Assembly: GCA_965235115.1 (NCBI GenBank)
Contig: OZ249436.1
Location: forward strand, 28,336,001-28,400,000
DNA: 64,000 bases
Direction of reading: 5' to 3'
Source: Laetmonice hystrix
Lineage: Eukaryota
Positions 26,296 to 39,442 of this stretch are shown here, in pieces. Numbering within the stretch: position 1 is the first letter of the stretch; every line of letters begins with the position of its first letter. The notes beneath the pieces are model-generated. The model saw only the letters and a list, made by a program, of their open reading frames with translations. It was not told the origin of the DNA and did not search any database. Position numbers and translations under genes: made by a program.

Positions 26296-29200
26296 CAATG
26301 CGATGACATTCGCATCACACTATATGCGGACAAGACTCGCACTTATATCCACCCTCTTCGACGACCTACACAAAGATTACTTAAAGCATGACTACAAAAC
26401 GGCCTACACACAGGCCAACCAATGTGAGGTCAATGGCTGTACGATGTAGATATTAGTCATAAGTTCTGACCGCAGCCACTGAACCTCCCCCACACGAATC
26501 ACTTTCGTCATCTCACGTCCTACAGGGTACAATAAAAACATGACCTTTTGTCCGATGATTTCTTACAAAGTAACGAACCATTGCGTATAACTACACTACT
26601 ATACGTGACACAGGCAACATTGACTTTTTCAGTTTATTTCAAAGAGGTATCTGTGAGAGTTTGGTTAGTTTTTTGTCTCTCTCGTGTTCGTATGTCACAA
26701 AACCATGCATCGGTTTAGGCCTATCTATAATTAAAATTGATAAGGAAAACTGTGCCTACCGTTTGATAACTCCAGCCACCAGTCTCTGCCATGATCGTGT
26801 TAGTGGAATGGGGTGCGCATGGGTGTCCCCTGGTTTACCCAGATTGTATAGGTGAGAATAACAATGAATCGACACGAGGTTAGCAAGGCATCATAACACA
26901 TGCCAACTGTTTCTTGCTATATTCCTCCACAATGGGATATCTTGAGAAGGACTTATCACCAATCCAAGTGTCTCTTTACCTGTGGGTGTGACTGTGTCAG
27001 TGTGTGGTCTATACAATTACAGCAAACTGATTTATATCTCACAAACTGAGCGCAGTTTTCCTCCCATAATTTAAGCACAGACTCGCAAGCGCCTCCAAAT
27101 TTGTACTTCCGCCAACGTGATTCAATGGCCATGCCAGAAGTACACCTACGCCAGTCTGTAAGTCGCCTGTTTTGCAACCGGTCCGCATGTGACACTTATG
27201 AAATATAATGTGACCACGAACCGCAGCGGTACCCACAACGGGCCAACTGTCCCCTCATGGATGTCTCCTGGCGGCGTCCACAATATGAAGTAGTGCTCGC
27301 TCTATCTACCTTGCTCCCCGTGGTCAACAATCAAAGAAGTCGCTTTTCTTTGACTGGAAAGGCTGATGTAGATTCAACAAAAAATAAAAGTAGGCGCTGT
27401 CGGTACGACATGGGTGCAGTCATTAAAGACGACTTGACAGTTGAGTGTGGGTCCTATTATGTACATGTTTATCCAACCATGCCTCATTAAATCTGGTCTA
27501 ACCTGCTCATTGGTCTAGCACTGGTCTCAGGTCCTGTTGAGTCAAAGCAAGCACGTTTAGTATATATACTGGATCACAGAACCGCAAGAACAAACACAGA
27601 CACCCACACACAGCCGCCACGTTAGCGGGCCATGCCTACACCGTCTGCATGGTGATCTAGACGCTTTCTGGTCCACTTTGATCCCAGCTGTATGTCCCGA
27701 GGCCCAGATGGTTCATGTTGTAAACAGACGTCACTGCTGCTTAACAGAGTTGTTCCTTTCTACGCGATAGATCTATTCTCGACGACATAATTTGTTCATT
27801 CATTCATATTTTTTTCATATACCTATTTTTTTTACCTTTGGCCGTGGCTAAGAAAGCAAGGGTCAGTGTTGCGACATGACACCGCCATTTTCTGAAGAGG
27901 AATGATGCCATCCGTGTTTACTGAAAATGTAAACCATCATTTTTATATGTGGTCTTACATATTTCCAAATGATATACTCTTTTCCAGCAGCTTTTATTCT
28001 ACATTTCCGTAAGTGTTTTAAACTCTATAGAGTTCACGAGTTCAGCATACCGTTGTATAGCATCACCCAGTGCTTTCACCAACACAAGGCTTTGAAACGT
28101 GACTTAGTTACCAGAAGACGTTTCTGTGGGGATAATAAAGAGGGGTTCAGAAAAACAGCTTTTCAAATATTATGTAGGTCTGTGTCCTCAATTCACCCAG
28201 GCACCCCATCAAAACAACTCAGACGCTGCCCTTATTATGCTATAGTATGTATAGAGTATACATACACACATTTACCCACACACGTCTAACAGTTGGCCCA
28301 GTTGGTCCAATCACCAAGTTAAGTCTCACCATATTAGACATGTAAATATATTTTCATATTTTGACACCAAACGGTATATTTCCTATGAGGGCTGTCTAGA
28401 CTGCGGTATGTCTTGTTGCTATAGAAACAGTATTTCAGCACAACTGATATGTGTGAAAGATACAAGATAAATGCAGTGTCAAGGTAATTGGTTCAGTCTT
28501 CGGTTTGCACAAGTGAAATTGTTTACATATGGACATCTTTGGCGATCTTTCATATTCCTACGCACATGGTTATGCAAATTATGACCTGTGCAAATTAGAA
28601 GCTGTTCTGTCAGTATTCACAAAATACACGTACATATCCGATTTGTACAAGCGAAAATAGATTTCGAATATTGTAAGCATTATTCTCGGGGAAATCGCGT
28701 TTTTTCACGAATTCTGGAACTACATTCGTTGCGGACTGTTACCGAAGGTGTGCTCTATGCACCACAGCAACACAACGTTCAAATGATTGCCAACGGCGGC
28801 ATTCATCGCTTGGCGTGCACTCCAGCTAGTTTTTGTAATTTTTCCACCATGGGGGGGGGGGGGGATTTCACAGCTGTCTACTCATAGGATAATTATATTA
28901 AGAGAATCAATATGAAAAACATTCAGTGCCATCAAGTACGTCAGTGGTGAGTAGGTGAACATAAATCTGAAGATTCCGGTCGATTCGGCGGATGATATAC
29001 TCCCTTTAAGATTGAACAGATAGTAACAGCCTACATTCTCTATAATCGATGGGTATAATCGAATATTTGTTTATCGTGAAAGAATGTATTGCTGAGTGAG
29101 TTAACTCCACTCATGAACTGATTTTCAAGTGGTGTGTTAAACCAATTATGTAACTTAGAAGTTCAGGAAATACATGGCCTTTCACCAAAAAATGTGTTTA

Positions 29201-30916
29201 TGACAGTTAAGTTATGACAGACTGTGACAGTGACTGTGTTTATGACAGTTGTTTATGACAGTTTATGACATGTATCCATGACATCTGTATATATCAGATA
29301 TCATGGATAGACCACTACATTTTCATTTGATTTTTGTGGATATTATGTAAACAAAATTGAAAATCGCCAAATCGTTTTCTATCCAAAGGTCACCCAGATG
29401 AACTGTGGCAACCGGACTGGAGTTTCGACCAAGTGAGAACACACACGGCGGTGATAAAAACAATTCACTTTCCTAGGTCTGCTTGCCAAAGTTATTTTTT
29501 TACAAGTGCTGTGTTCTAAGAGCTATCAGGAATTACCCAAAAGTATAAAGTTGTCTGGCTCACCAGTTTCTGTCGGACTCCTTGTGGATTCTTGTCTTCG
29601 CTTTCCTTTTTCCCTTCCATGTTGTGGAGAGTCCTTTGAAATTGACCGTTCGAAGTGGGTATCTCCGACTCCACCTTCCTAACGGGTAGGGCCCGGCTAG
29701 ATGCGTGTCTGCTGTTGCTGCTGCGATACTGGCTTCGGTACATTCTTTCAATATTTCCACAATAGGAAGAGTCAGGATTCATCTAGAAGTTCCCCAATTG
29801 TCATGCCATCGGGGCTATAATCTGAGGTTTCCCATGTAGTGAAATATACCTCCTGTATGTGGGGACTGAGGAGCAGGTCCCGTTTGATAGTTCACTTATT
29901 CTGGGACGCCGCTAGAGAAATCGATCTATCCATAATGCTCCAGTATTCCCGCTTCAGCCATGCACACCTGTAGTAAGGTCAAGCGCTCAGGTTTGAAAAG
30001 GTCACCGCTAGGTTGGTGTCGCGAGCCAGTCCCCGGCGACCACACGGCCCCGCACTGGGAACCAATAAACAGTTAGTGACAATTGACACAAATATCTCGG
30101 CGTGGTCTCGCCCCGTGACATTGGCGTTATAATGACAAATGGCCAGTTCTGCCGCCGTTAAGTCAATCGGGGTGGCATATCACGCAAATACCGAGGTCTA
30201 CAGAGTCGCATTGCTTTAATTCCACAGCAGCTTGTAAAAATGATTTTCTTTTACGCAGAGTCCTATTAGCGCCTAGCAGCCATTCAATGTTTAAATCAGA
30301 CACAATCATTCCTGGTTGTCATGGATAACTGAATTACGCCTAAATAGTGCGGATGGACCTTTTTTTATTTAGATTTTACCATGAAGTCATAATATAAATT
30401 AATGCGTCAACAGTAATTGCCCGATGGGTTCCTCATTCGTGATTAAATGAGTCACCGGACGTGGCCAAATCTCCGTTTAGAGGCAACTCTTAATATGGGA
30501 CGTCACTTTAATCGTGAACAGTCTTTGAACAAAAACGGCGCTGCTTAAGGATCAGATATACTTGTACTTCACTGGCCAGCAGTGTTACACTGACCTTATA
30601 AATAACCATGCCATCATGCAGTATCAGCATCACTGGTGCTGATAACATGTTCCAATCAGGACATGCACATGCAGTGATTCTCTCATAACAAGGTTATACG
30701 GCTTTGATTGGCAACATCAGAGGAGTCGATTGTAAATTTGCATGGAACCTTCTTGGTCGCAGCCTATATATAGGCTTCATACCAACTGAAGGTTAACTTT
30801 CATCTTCTCCATGCTACTGATGACTACATTATCATGAAACACTATACTTAAGACGCTTCCGTGACGTGTGCTGTGTGGGAAATAATACTTTTCACGAAAC
30901 AAACTGACTGTCTTAA

Positions 30917-31200
30917 GCCGGCCTCACACGGTACGATTTTGCTGCAATATCGTAAAACTCTCTACGATACGTCACGATATCCTTGAATGTCGCACCGTGT
31001 GAGGTAGTCTGTGATAGCTACCATTTCGTGCGATACGAGGCTGTCTTGTTGTATCGTCGCAGGTCAATCGTCTTCCAGCGCATGCGCGATGGCGAGTTCC
31101 GCCGCCAGTTCCGCCGGTACACACACAACGCCGCCATTTTGTAAAGGAATGCCAATCTCCCGCCAAAAAATGTGAACATCGTAGAATATCGCCAAAAAGA
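30917..31200. mobile_element. Fragment of a Harbinger-like MITE
   Basis: Starts TTAA|GCCGGCCTCACACGGTACGAT, with an inverted TCGCACCGTGTGAGG at ~30990-31004. The far end was not identified. Confidence 0.35.
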
Positions 31201-32621
31201 TCCGGTACATTTCCTGAATGATGACTATATGTATGCCTACTTGAGCAGCAACCACACTGCCGACCAGTTGTCTGGTGGCACATCATGTATGCGTTGTAAA
31301 GATTAGAAGAGGCACATGAAGTCAAGCAATCAAAAGGCCTAACCCTATAGCTCAAAATAGACCTATAGTGTTTCTATCGTAGCTCTGATGTTTATAGATA
31401 TGTATACATGTAGGCCTACGTTGGCACATATCTTCGGTTAGGCAATGGTCGCAAATCTGAGAAAAAAAGGTGCCTATTTGAAGAAGCATCTTCACAAAAT
31501 AGGGTTTTAGAGTATCCAACTATTCCGATTTCTTCGGGATTATCCCGATATGCCGAAGCATTGTCGGTCAGAATAGAAAAAGTCCCGATTGAGAAGATCA
31601 GCTCCCACGAGCAACGATCCCAGAATGATAACAATTCTGACAATACTTCAGTCTTGTCATACGTGGAAACGAAATATTAACTTGGTTATCCAAGCGAAGC
31701 CTTTTTTTATTGCAATAACCTTCTTTTGTTTTTATGGAAAACATAGACATAGAATTCTATGTCTATGTGGAAAACAAGCAAAATGACGATCAATTTACCG
31801 AGCGTTTTTGATAGAAATATTAGGCCTACTACGAGAGTGCTGGAAATGGTGATTCAATTTAAATCCCGATTAAGGAAGGTTCATATAGGTTGGGCACTCT
31901 GGGGTCTATGTCAAGACGCCTTCTGCAGTTGAGGCCGTTCTAATAGCAAGTTTCAATGTTCCCAGATTACAAAGTTCGTGTTTGAGCGCCAAGCCTTCTA
32001 CTGCCCTCTGGCGTAATTTGTCCAAACCACACTCAAACCAATGCGTCCTTAAATATAGGAGTGGGTCCGAGTCATCCCGAGTCAGTCGTCTTAACAACTG
32101 CAGACTGGGCTAATTGTTCGCCTTCATTGAAATTAACCAGCAGAATTTACACTTTTCAGGCAACCAGCTGTTTAAAACATCAGAATAGAAGGAGCAGAAC
32201 TTAAAAATGTGTAGCTAAATACTCGATTCGGATAGTTATCATCGGATATCATTATCGCCTTTTATACGGTCTACTAAAATTATTACGGAAGTATAATCTT
32301 GTAAGCCAGGTTATGAAATCACTAAACCTTGAACCCTCGGACATCCTGGCGAAATCAATATCACTGGTCAAAGATGCTGTCAAGTAGGCCTACATCTTTC
32401 ATAAAGAAATCTGAGTCTGTGGATACCGAACTTAGGCCCCCCCCCCAAAAAAAAGTTTCGTTTCTTGTCCTTTTATTTCAAAAAGTTGGTGCGGTGACGC
32501 TTTTTTTCTTCTTCTTCTTTATTTTTTTTATGCAACCAGACAACGGCCGATTCTTCGAATGCAATTGCTGTTGGGTACATGAAGAAATCTTGAAGAAAAA
32601 ACTAATGCAATGATGTTCACT

Positions 32622-32738
32622 GGGTCATTCCATGTCAATTCGACAAGGGGTCCCCGGGTGACCCCCGGGTGACCCCCTCAAAATTTTAGGGCATAATATC
32701 CAATAGTTTTGAATTGATGATTTGACCTGGAATAACCC
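32622..32738. mobile_element. Tiny MITE inside the outer element
   Basis: Inverted ends GGGTCATTCCATGTCAA ... TTGACCTGGAATAACCC. Confidence 0.55.
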
Positions 32739-32854
32739 CAATGTTTTTATTAAAGAATGTGAAAAACTCACATAAAAGCAATAAGACTAACAGAAAAAAC
32801 AAACGCCAAAGAACCGTTGCAACGTTCTGTCACAGCGCTACCCTGCCCACCATA

Positions 32855-34201
32855 AGTAGGCTGGGGCAAGGCGCCCCCTTAAAGGTGCTATTCGTCTCGC
32901 ACAGAATGGCATTTCTCCTATCATACATTGTGCACATACTACTAGAAAAAATTCCTACCGATACCACTGGCCTGATAAACCTTCTATTAGTTTGTGTGCA
33001 GCATTTGAAACCTATCTCGGTGCGCACCGAGATAGAGCCATTTCCTATGGTGGGGCGTGTCAGGGTCTCCACAGGCCTTCTGAGAGAGCCCCATTTGTGC
33101 CGTTATCCATGACAAATTTTGATTTCCTTTGTTGTGAATCTATTTCCATGATAGGTGGGATCACATAAACGTCAACAAAATAAAAAATTGAAAAATTGAA
33201 TTTTTGTTCACGAATAGCACCTTTAAGGGTCAAAGCATTACCAGGCCGTCTCGTGTTATCAGAATGAGTAGTTCTTTTGTGTAAAGAAACATATATATCT
33301 TAGCTACACATTGCTAATAAGCTTTGGCTGTAGTCATTTTTACAACATTAAAAAATTATTATTTAGGATAAAATTACAAAGGGGTGTCTTGCCTCATAGT
33401 GGAGGCAAGACGCCCCCTGGAGGCATCTTGCCCCACCCCCTGATTTGGGGCCTATATCCAAGCCATAAAAGCCTAGCAGATTCCCACTTAATAATTTGGT
33501 TATTTTCGTTTCCTTTGAATGTGGGCCTTCCAACCTGTTATGTTGAATTTTAGTTAGGGCCTTAGATGCATGCCCAGACTGGAGGGGGGCCGAGATTTTA
33601 AGGGGGGGCGCTCTGGCCCCTTTTCCTATTAAAAAGTTATTTTTCTATTGGGGGGGGGTTCTAGATCTATAGCCCCCAGGACAAAAGCCAAAGTAGGCCT
33701 ATTTCGGCACTCTATGCCTAGTAGGCCTAAACCTTAGCCCAATTAAAAACGCCATTTTGGACCCAAGCATTTAATTTTATTTTTAACCAGTTTTAATTCG
33801 GCATATCCTTGATATAGGCAATGGCCTAAGGGGCATGAGGCCCCCCAGGGGGCGTTTTGCCCCAGAGGGGGTGAGGGCGCCTTGGTCGAACTCTTTGTTC
33901 CTATTTACAGATAATTACTTCTATTATGTTATCATGATAGTACTTAGACTAAATCACAAAAAAAGTTAATGTGCCCAGAGGACCTGAGTGTTGCACAAAC
34001 CTTATACGAAAATATTCATAAAATGTAATGTTGACCTACTTTCCATGAAAATATCTCAAATCGTCTTGTATGGCCTGACGTCAACACTACGTCCACTAAA
34101 ATAACCGCTAGGGAATCCCAACTCAAGGATTAATAACCGAGTTAACACAGGAGGGGGGGGGGGGCATTTCACCCGCCGGGGGCGTCTTGCCCCAGCCTAC
34201 T
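32855..34201. mobile_element. Middle nested MITE
   Basis: Ends are AGTAGGCTGGGGCAAGGCGCCCCC ... GGGGGCGTCTTGCCCCAGCCTACT, with internal GGCAAGACGCCCC repeats. Confidence 0.75.
32883..33222. mobile_element. TTAA-specific (Kolobok-like) MITE, innermost element of the nest
   Basis: Ends read TTAA|AGGTGCTATTCGT ... ACGAATAGCACCT|TTAA. Confidence 0.85.
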
Positions 34202-34339
34202 CAGCGGGCCTAAAAAAAAATAAAAATAAAAAACTTGACGCGGGGGATTTTAGGTGACGCGCGCGGGGACAAGAAACGAATTTTTTTGGGGGGCCTTACG
34301 CTGTACAACCAATGCCGTCTCCGTGTTTCATTCATTAAC

Positions 34340-34585
34340 TTGACCAAAGGCTGTGCCACTTAAAATCCTCATCTAGAATTCACATAGGGCTTGGCCAAAG
34401 GCTGTGCCACTTAAAATCCTCATCTAGAATTCACATAGGGCTTGGCCAAAGGCTGTGCCACTTAAAATCCTCGTCTAGAATTCACATAGGGCTTGGCCAA
34501 AGGCTGTGCCACTTAAAATCCTCGTCTAGAATTCACATAGGGCTTGGCCAAAGGCTGTGCCACTTAAAATCCTCTTCTAGAATTC
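34340..34585. repeat. 51-bp tandem repeat, ~4.7 copies
   Basis: Unit CCAAAGGCTGTGCCACTTAAAATCCTC[A/G]TCTAGAATTCACATAGGGCTTGG, period 51 (34344 to 34395). Confidence 0.96.
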
Positions 34586-35544
34586 TTAAAGCGTTCTATA
34601 AAAACACGTAACGGGATGAGGGTCCTTCACTGCTGGAAGGTATGGAACGAGATGCCTGGTGCATGAATACGGCAACTCCATCGGTATCCATGCGCCAGGT
34701 GAAGGTAAAGGGGCCGAATCCCGTTACGTCTTTATTATATGCGCTTGGATTATTTCTAATTTGAGGAAAAGAGCCAATAGTAAACAAGAATTAACAACAA
34801 ATATGCGTTTATTAACTTTTACCTATATTCTATATCCGCATCACGTCACATCACCCCGTAATGTGTACAATCAAATCAGTCCGTATGGAACACGCGTTCC
34901 ATACGGACCACCGTATTGCACCCCCCCCCCCCCCCCCAACAGTACTGGCAGATGGAATGCGCATGATAAAACGCTACATTGGACTTACTAATTTCCCAAT
35001 TCCTGTCTCTACAGTACACAATGCCTTCCGTAAGCCTACACACCTGCCCACATTTGAAAACAAAACATGTGATATATTATAATGATCCTATTGCGGTCCC
35101 CATCTGGATTATCTTCAGAGTTCTACAACCCCTCACGGACGCAGGAAGTCGTATTGCCATCCAAGTTGTAGACGAAGCGCTGATTGATGCACCGTGCTCG
35201 AGGTGCCTGCATAATCCTGTAAGCAGCCGAAGATCCCCCTTGTACCAGAGATTGTCACTGCGAAACGACGAGGTACATCAGTCTACGCCCGAGTCCTCAT
35301 ATAACCTTAACCTTGGGATATAGTTTTAATGCCAGCCTGACATGATCTTGAGCCACAGTTTAACTTCTGCCCTAGGGGATCTACATATAGTAGGCGAAGC
35401 ACATGAGTTGAAATATAGTCCTCTAAAGAGCGTGCGATTTATTTGTATGGGAATAGCATTGGTTGGGACGAGAAAGTCATATATGACATTTTATCCCTCA
35501 ATCCAAGACTATGATTAAGAGTTGCGAACTGTTCTCCACCCTCT

Positions 35545-35575
<31 letters not shown>
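35545..35575. repeat. (GT)n microsatellite
   Basis: Directly visible. Confidence 0.9.
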
Positions 35576-37054
35576 GTTTTTTTTTTGGGGGGGGGAGGGG
35601 GGGGGCGTAAGACTGGGATATATTTTTAGCATACCAAAGAGACTTCCCCCCTTGAAAACATTTTATTTGCAAGCTGTGGTCTATAATTATCATGCCGCAC
35701 CGGGACACATTGCTCAACCCCTGTCAAGTAAAGTCTGAATTCTGAAGTCCAAATGTTGGAAGCGCTAAAGTCAGGATTCAAAGCAATTTTGTTGAACCAA
35801 ACGTCCCATATAGCGCCTCGACTAGGTAAACAATGCGAGTAAAACATTGAAAAATTACAACTGTTGCCTAGCGGCGCGGCTTAATAACACATTAATAAGC
35901 CCTGTCATCATTGCCTATATGTAATCGTTGTTCATTATAATTATTTAATGTGTTTTATTGTATGACAATTATTAGTAAGTGTCAACATTCAATACATCTC
36001 TCCATTCAATTTTACCCGCACCAGGATGTCTGTCATCTAGCCAAGCTGGCGACATCCGGTTCAGGTAAGATATAATTAAGTAACACATCGCGTGCTAGGG
36101 GAGCTGGATTCGTCCGCTAGTTGATGGGGAAATCTATGATTTGCATTATTTCGTACTGGCTGTGCGGGTGTGGGCGGATGGGCGCCACAAGTAATACACC
36201 AAACCAGAAACATCTGCTGCATTTTTTGCAATTAAGCCGGATTTTCATGTGTACGTTTCTGTTATCCAATTCCGCATTCCGTTTACACATGGAAACCCGG
36301 GCTTGAAAGTCTGCTCATGGTCTAGTTTTCAAAATTACAACTTTTGAACAAACTTTTTGTCTAGCCTGCTCTTTTCCCATTTCATCGAGGCATACCGTTC
36401 TTCCATATTTCAAAACTTATATTGAAAGTTTCCATGTTTTGTATGTTTTTCGGAAAGAGATTTCTGAACAGTGACCCTTCATAGAGTTTAGGCAGATTTC
36501 ACCTGTTAAACGCATTGTCCTGAGGTTAACACCCAGCCTGATAAAAATAGCAAACTTCATATACTTCTCATACACCTAAGTTTATAGGTCACTCGGGCCA
36601 CTTTCTGAGCCTACCTTTCCTTTAAACACAATGTCATATCCCTTAACACATCGATCTGATCTGCGAACAAGATACCTTTTTCTACCCCTTCCTAAATAAC
36701 GTTTTTCCTGTAGTAAGTTAAGATGTTGTATAACAGTTCGTTCGTTCTTTTAAAAAAGAATTCAGGTCAGCATGTAAAACGGCCAGTGAGGATAGTGAAG
36801 CGTAGTTGGCGTCCTTACGTTGGCAAAACTAAACCCTAGTCGAGGGGTGCTCGCGATTCCCATGCGAGTCGGAATATTTAAATAATATATACAGTATGAA
36901 TCTCCAGAAAATGTTCCCTACAGCGTGTTCTAACCATTCAGGATCAAACCTGGCTTTTAGAGTGGACAGTAAGTGAAGGATATAAAGGGGTCAAATTTCG
37001 ACGTTGTATGCTGAAATTAAATCCCTGCACATCCGCTAGACAATCCAGATGCTG

Positions 37055-37434
37055 CATAGGCGTAGGAACGGGGGGCAGGAGGGCTGACCCCCCCCCCCCC
37101 ATATCAAAAGTGGGGCGGGGGACGCTGAAGTACCCCCCCCCCCAACACCCTGCTCCTTAAATCCTTAGTTATTGGCCTCCCTGGGACGGCCAACCGGGGC
37201 TCTTCATTTCGGTCAGACTTTAATCTCCAGATGCCAGGAAATACCGCTTTGGCCCTTCCAAATTAAAAATATTCCGGGGAAGCCAAATTTAAACTTTTCC
37301 GGGGAGGTCCCCTGGGCCCCCCGCATAATACGGCTCGCGCCTTCGGTGCTCGCGGGACACCACACACCAGCCACTCTCAGCCCCCCCACCCCACTCCACC
37401 CCCCACCAACCAACAAAAGCTTCCTATGCGTCTG
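37055..37434. mobile_element. hAT-like MITE
   Basis: Imperfect TIRs CATAGGCGTAGGAA ... TTCCTATGCGTCTG. Poly-C/G tracts and an internal CTCGCGCCTTCGGTGCTCG motif match this MITE family. Confidence 0.55.
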
Positions 37435-38489
37435 CTAAGAGAAATGTCAGGGGGGGGGGGGCTCGGCCGTCGTTGACTCTGCCTGACTGGCAAACTACAA
37501 GTTAGGTAAGAAGGTTTGATCTAAAATAATGGATCTGCAGGCTATCATAAGAATGCATTATTTTTTATATGAGATGTAAAGTAAATATTTCCACTGCCGC
37601 AGCCGTTCATTGCCCTTGACAACCACCTCGACGCTGATACGGGACTGGTATTCCGGGATCTTACATCCGTTAAAGGTATTATCTCATCCGTGGTATCGAC
37701 CGAAATCTTCAGTTTTCTGCTTACCTGCTCACTACTGACGTACTTTATGGCACTGATTGTTTGTAATATTGATTCTGGTAACACATGCTACGAGTAGACA
37801 GCTGTGATATTCTCCCTGATGGTAGAAAAAAACTAGCTCCAGTGTCCGCAAAGTGCGATGAATCCGCCATTTTGGCCGCCCTGTTGGGCTGACAGGATGG
37901 GGTGTGTTTCAATGATATTCCCGTTGGGGCCAGGGATAAAATAGGTCCCTTTCATTTTATGTTTTTTTACTCTGTTTTTGCCGTGAAGATAGCCCTGGAT
38001 GCCGACACGGCATAAAACCACCATTACTCACTCACTCACCGCCATTTTGGCCCCTTTTGGCTGCCGCGAATCGTTGAACGGTCCCATGATCACGTGCCTC
38101 TCGCTCTGATTACTCGAGATGTAAACACATTGCTCTCCCCGCTTGCAAAGTATTTGCAACACGAAAACAATATCTAAGATATCGTCTTGTCTTTCATGGA
38201 CCCATTATGCCAGTAAAGATAATGATGAAATATCTATAAAAATAATAGTGGGACTATAATACACGGTTTCGGTGCCAGGTTAGATAAGAGTTGCGAGTAA
38301 ACAAAGCCACGCCGGTCGTGACAGGCCTCTGCTCTGCTGCTGGTCGTGCCTAGACAGGGGGTTCGTATCCTCGAGAGAAAAATAACTACTGAAGCGATAC
38401 CGGCCAAATCTACATAAAAAGGTAGGGGAACGTTGGGGCATACCGGAGAACCGCAATGCAGACATATTTTGGTGAAACACGACGTATTA

Positions 38490-38595
38490 TTTGAAATTCA
38501 TGATATATGCTTTAATCGTTATCAGTAACTGATAACGATTAAAGCATATATCATGAATTTCAAACAGGTGAAATGAACTGTTCATTTCACCTGTT
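38490..38595. repeat. Two adjacent perfect palindromes (75 bp and 33 bp)
   Basis: 38490-38526 is the exact reverse complement of 38528-38564. 38563-38578 is the exact reverse complement of 38580-38595. Confidence 0.95.
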
Positions 38596-39442
38596 CCGGT
38601 AGACGCAGACTATAACCGCGAGCGTGTACATCTCATAAATCCGGGTAATTTCTGGGCCTTCAGCTGGCATGGTTGTAGTTGTGCGTTTCGTAACCTGAGA
38701 GGAAGTTCTAATTGAACACGTGGAAGCTGACCCAGATAAGTTGTCTTGTACAGATAATGATTTCACCTAATCTGCCATATAATATTACTGCTGCCACTCG
38801 GCTAGCCCCATCACCAACCCAATAACAGCCACTGGTTTGGTAACATTCGCCATATAACCAGTCAACATAATTGTCATGGAGAAAGGAACGAACCTTGACT
38901 TGTACCGTATAGGCCTATAATGGAGAGAAACCTCATAAAGAATGTGGTTTCTTGCTTGTTGATCGACTTGTGTCATCAGTCTGGGTGGGACACTGCCGAA
39001 TGATCCAATCATTTGCTTTCAGTGAGCCAGTTTCTTTTGCATGGGTTTGTCATTGCTAAGCCATCTGGTAATTTGGTTTGGGCGGGCCAACTGTTGAATG
39101 ATCAGCCATTAGTTGGGTTGGGCGGGCCAGCAATGCTTGTTAGTGTTTCATGGACTCTGATGTCAATGAACATGTGTACACCTGTACATACCTGTCCCAC
39201 GCACCTGTCCCATGTGTATAAGACTTAATTATCAAAGGTTCACACGCAGTGAACACCTGGAGAGCTGCTGCTAGCCCGACATCCGGTTTTCACCATGATA
39301 TCGGTCAACCCCATTCCTTGCCGACACGCCGTTCCGTTCACATAGCAAGCCATGAATATTCCGTATACATTATGTCCGTATAGTCCAGCGGTTGGCATAT
39401 GTAATAAAGTATATCATTCTTGTATTGAGATACAAACCGTTA

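Larger units (their letters stand above)
32435..34295. mobile_element. Outer MITE with a TTA TSD, hosting nested elements
   Basis: Ends read TTA|GGCCCCCC..AAAAAAA.TTCGTTTCTTGTCC ... GGACAAGAAACGAATTTTTTTGGGGGGCC|TTA. Confidence 0.75.

Noticed and set aside
29516..29960. Decayed gypsy-like protease remnant
   Set aside because: Only a weak resemblance (LPVRKVESEIPTSNGQ); no DTG/DSG motif, RT or LTRs seen.
30815..30850. Hammerhead ribozyme core (CTGATGA...GAAAC)
   Set aside because: The intervening and flanking sequence cannot form stems I-III.
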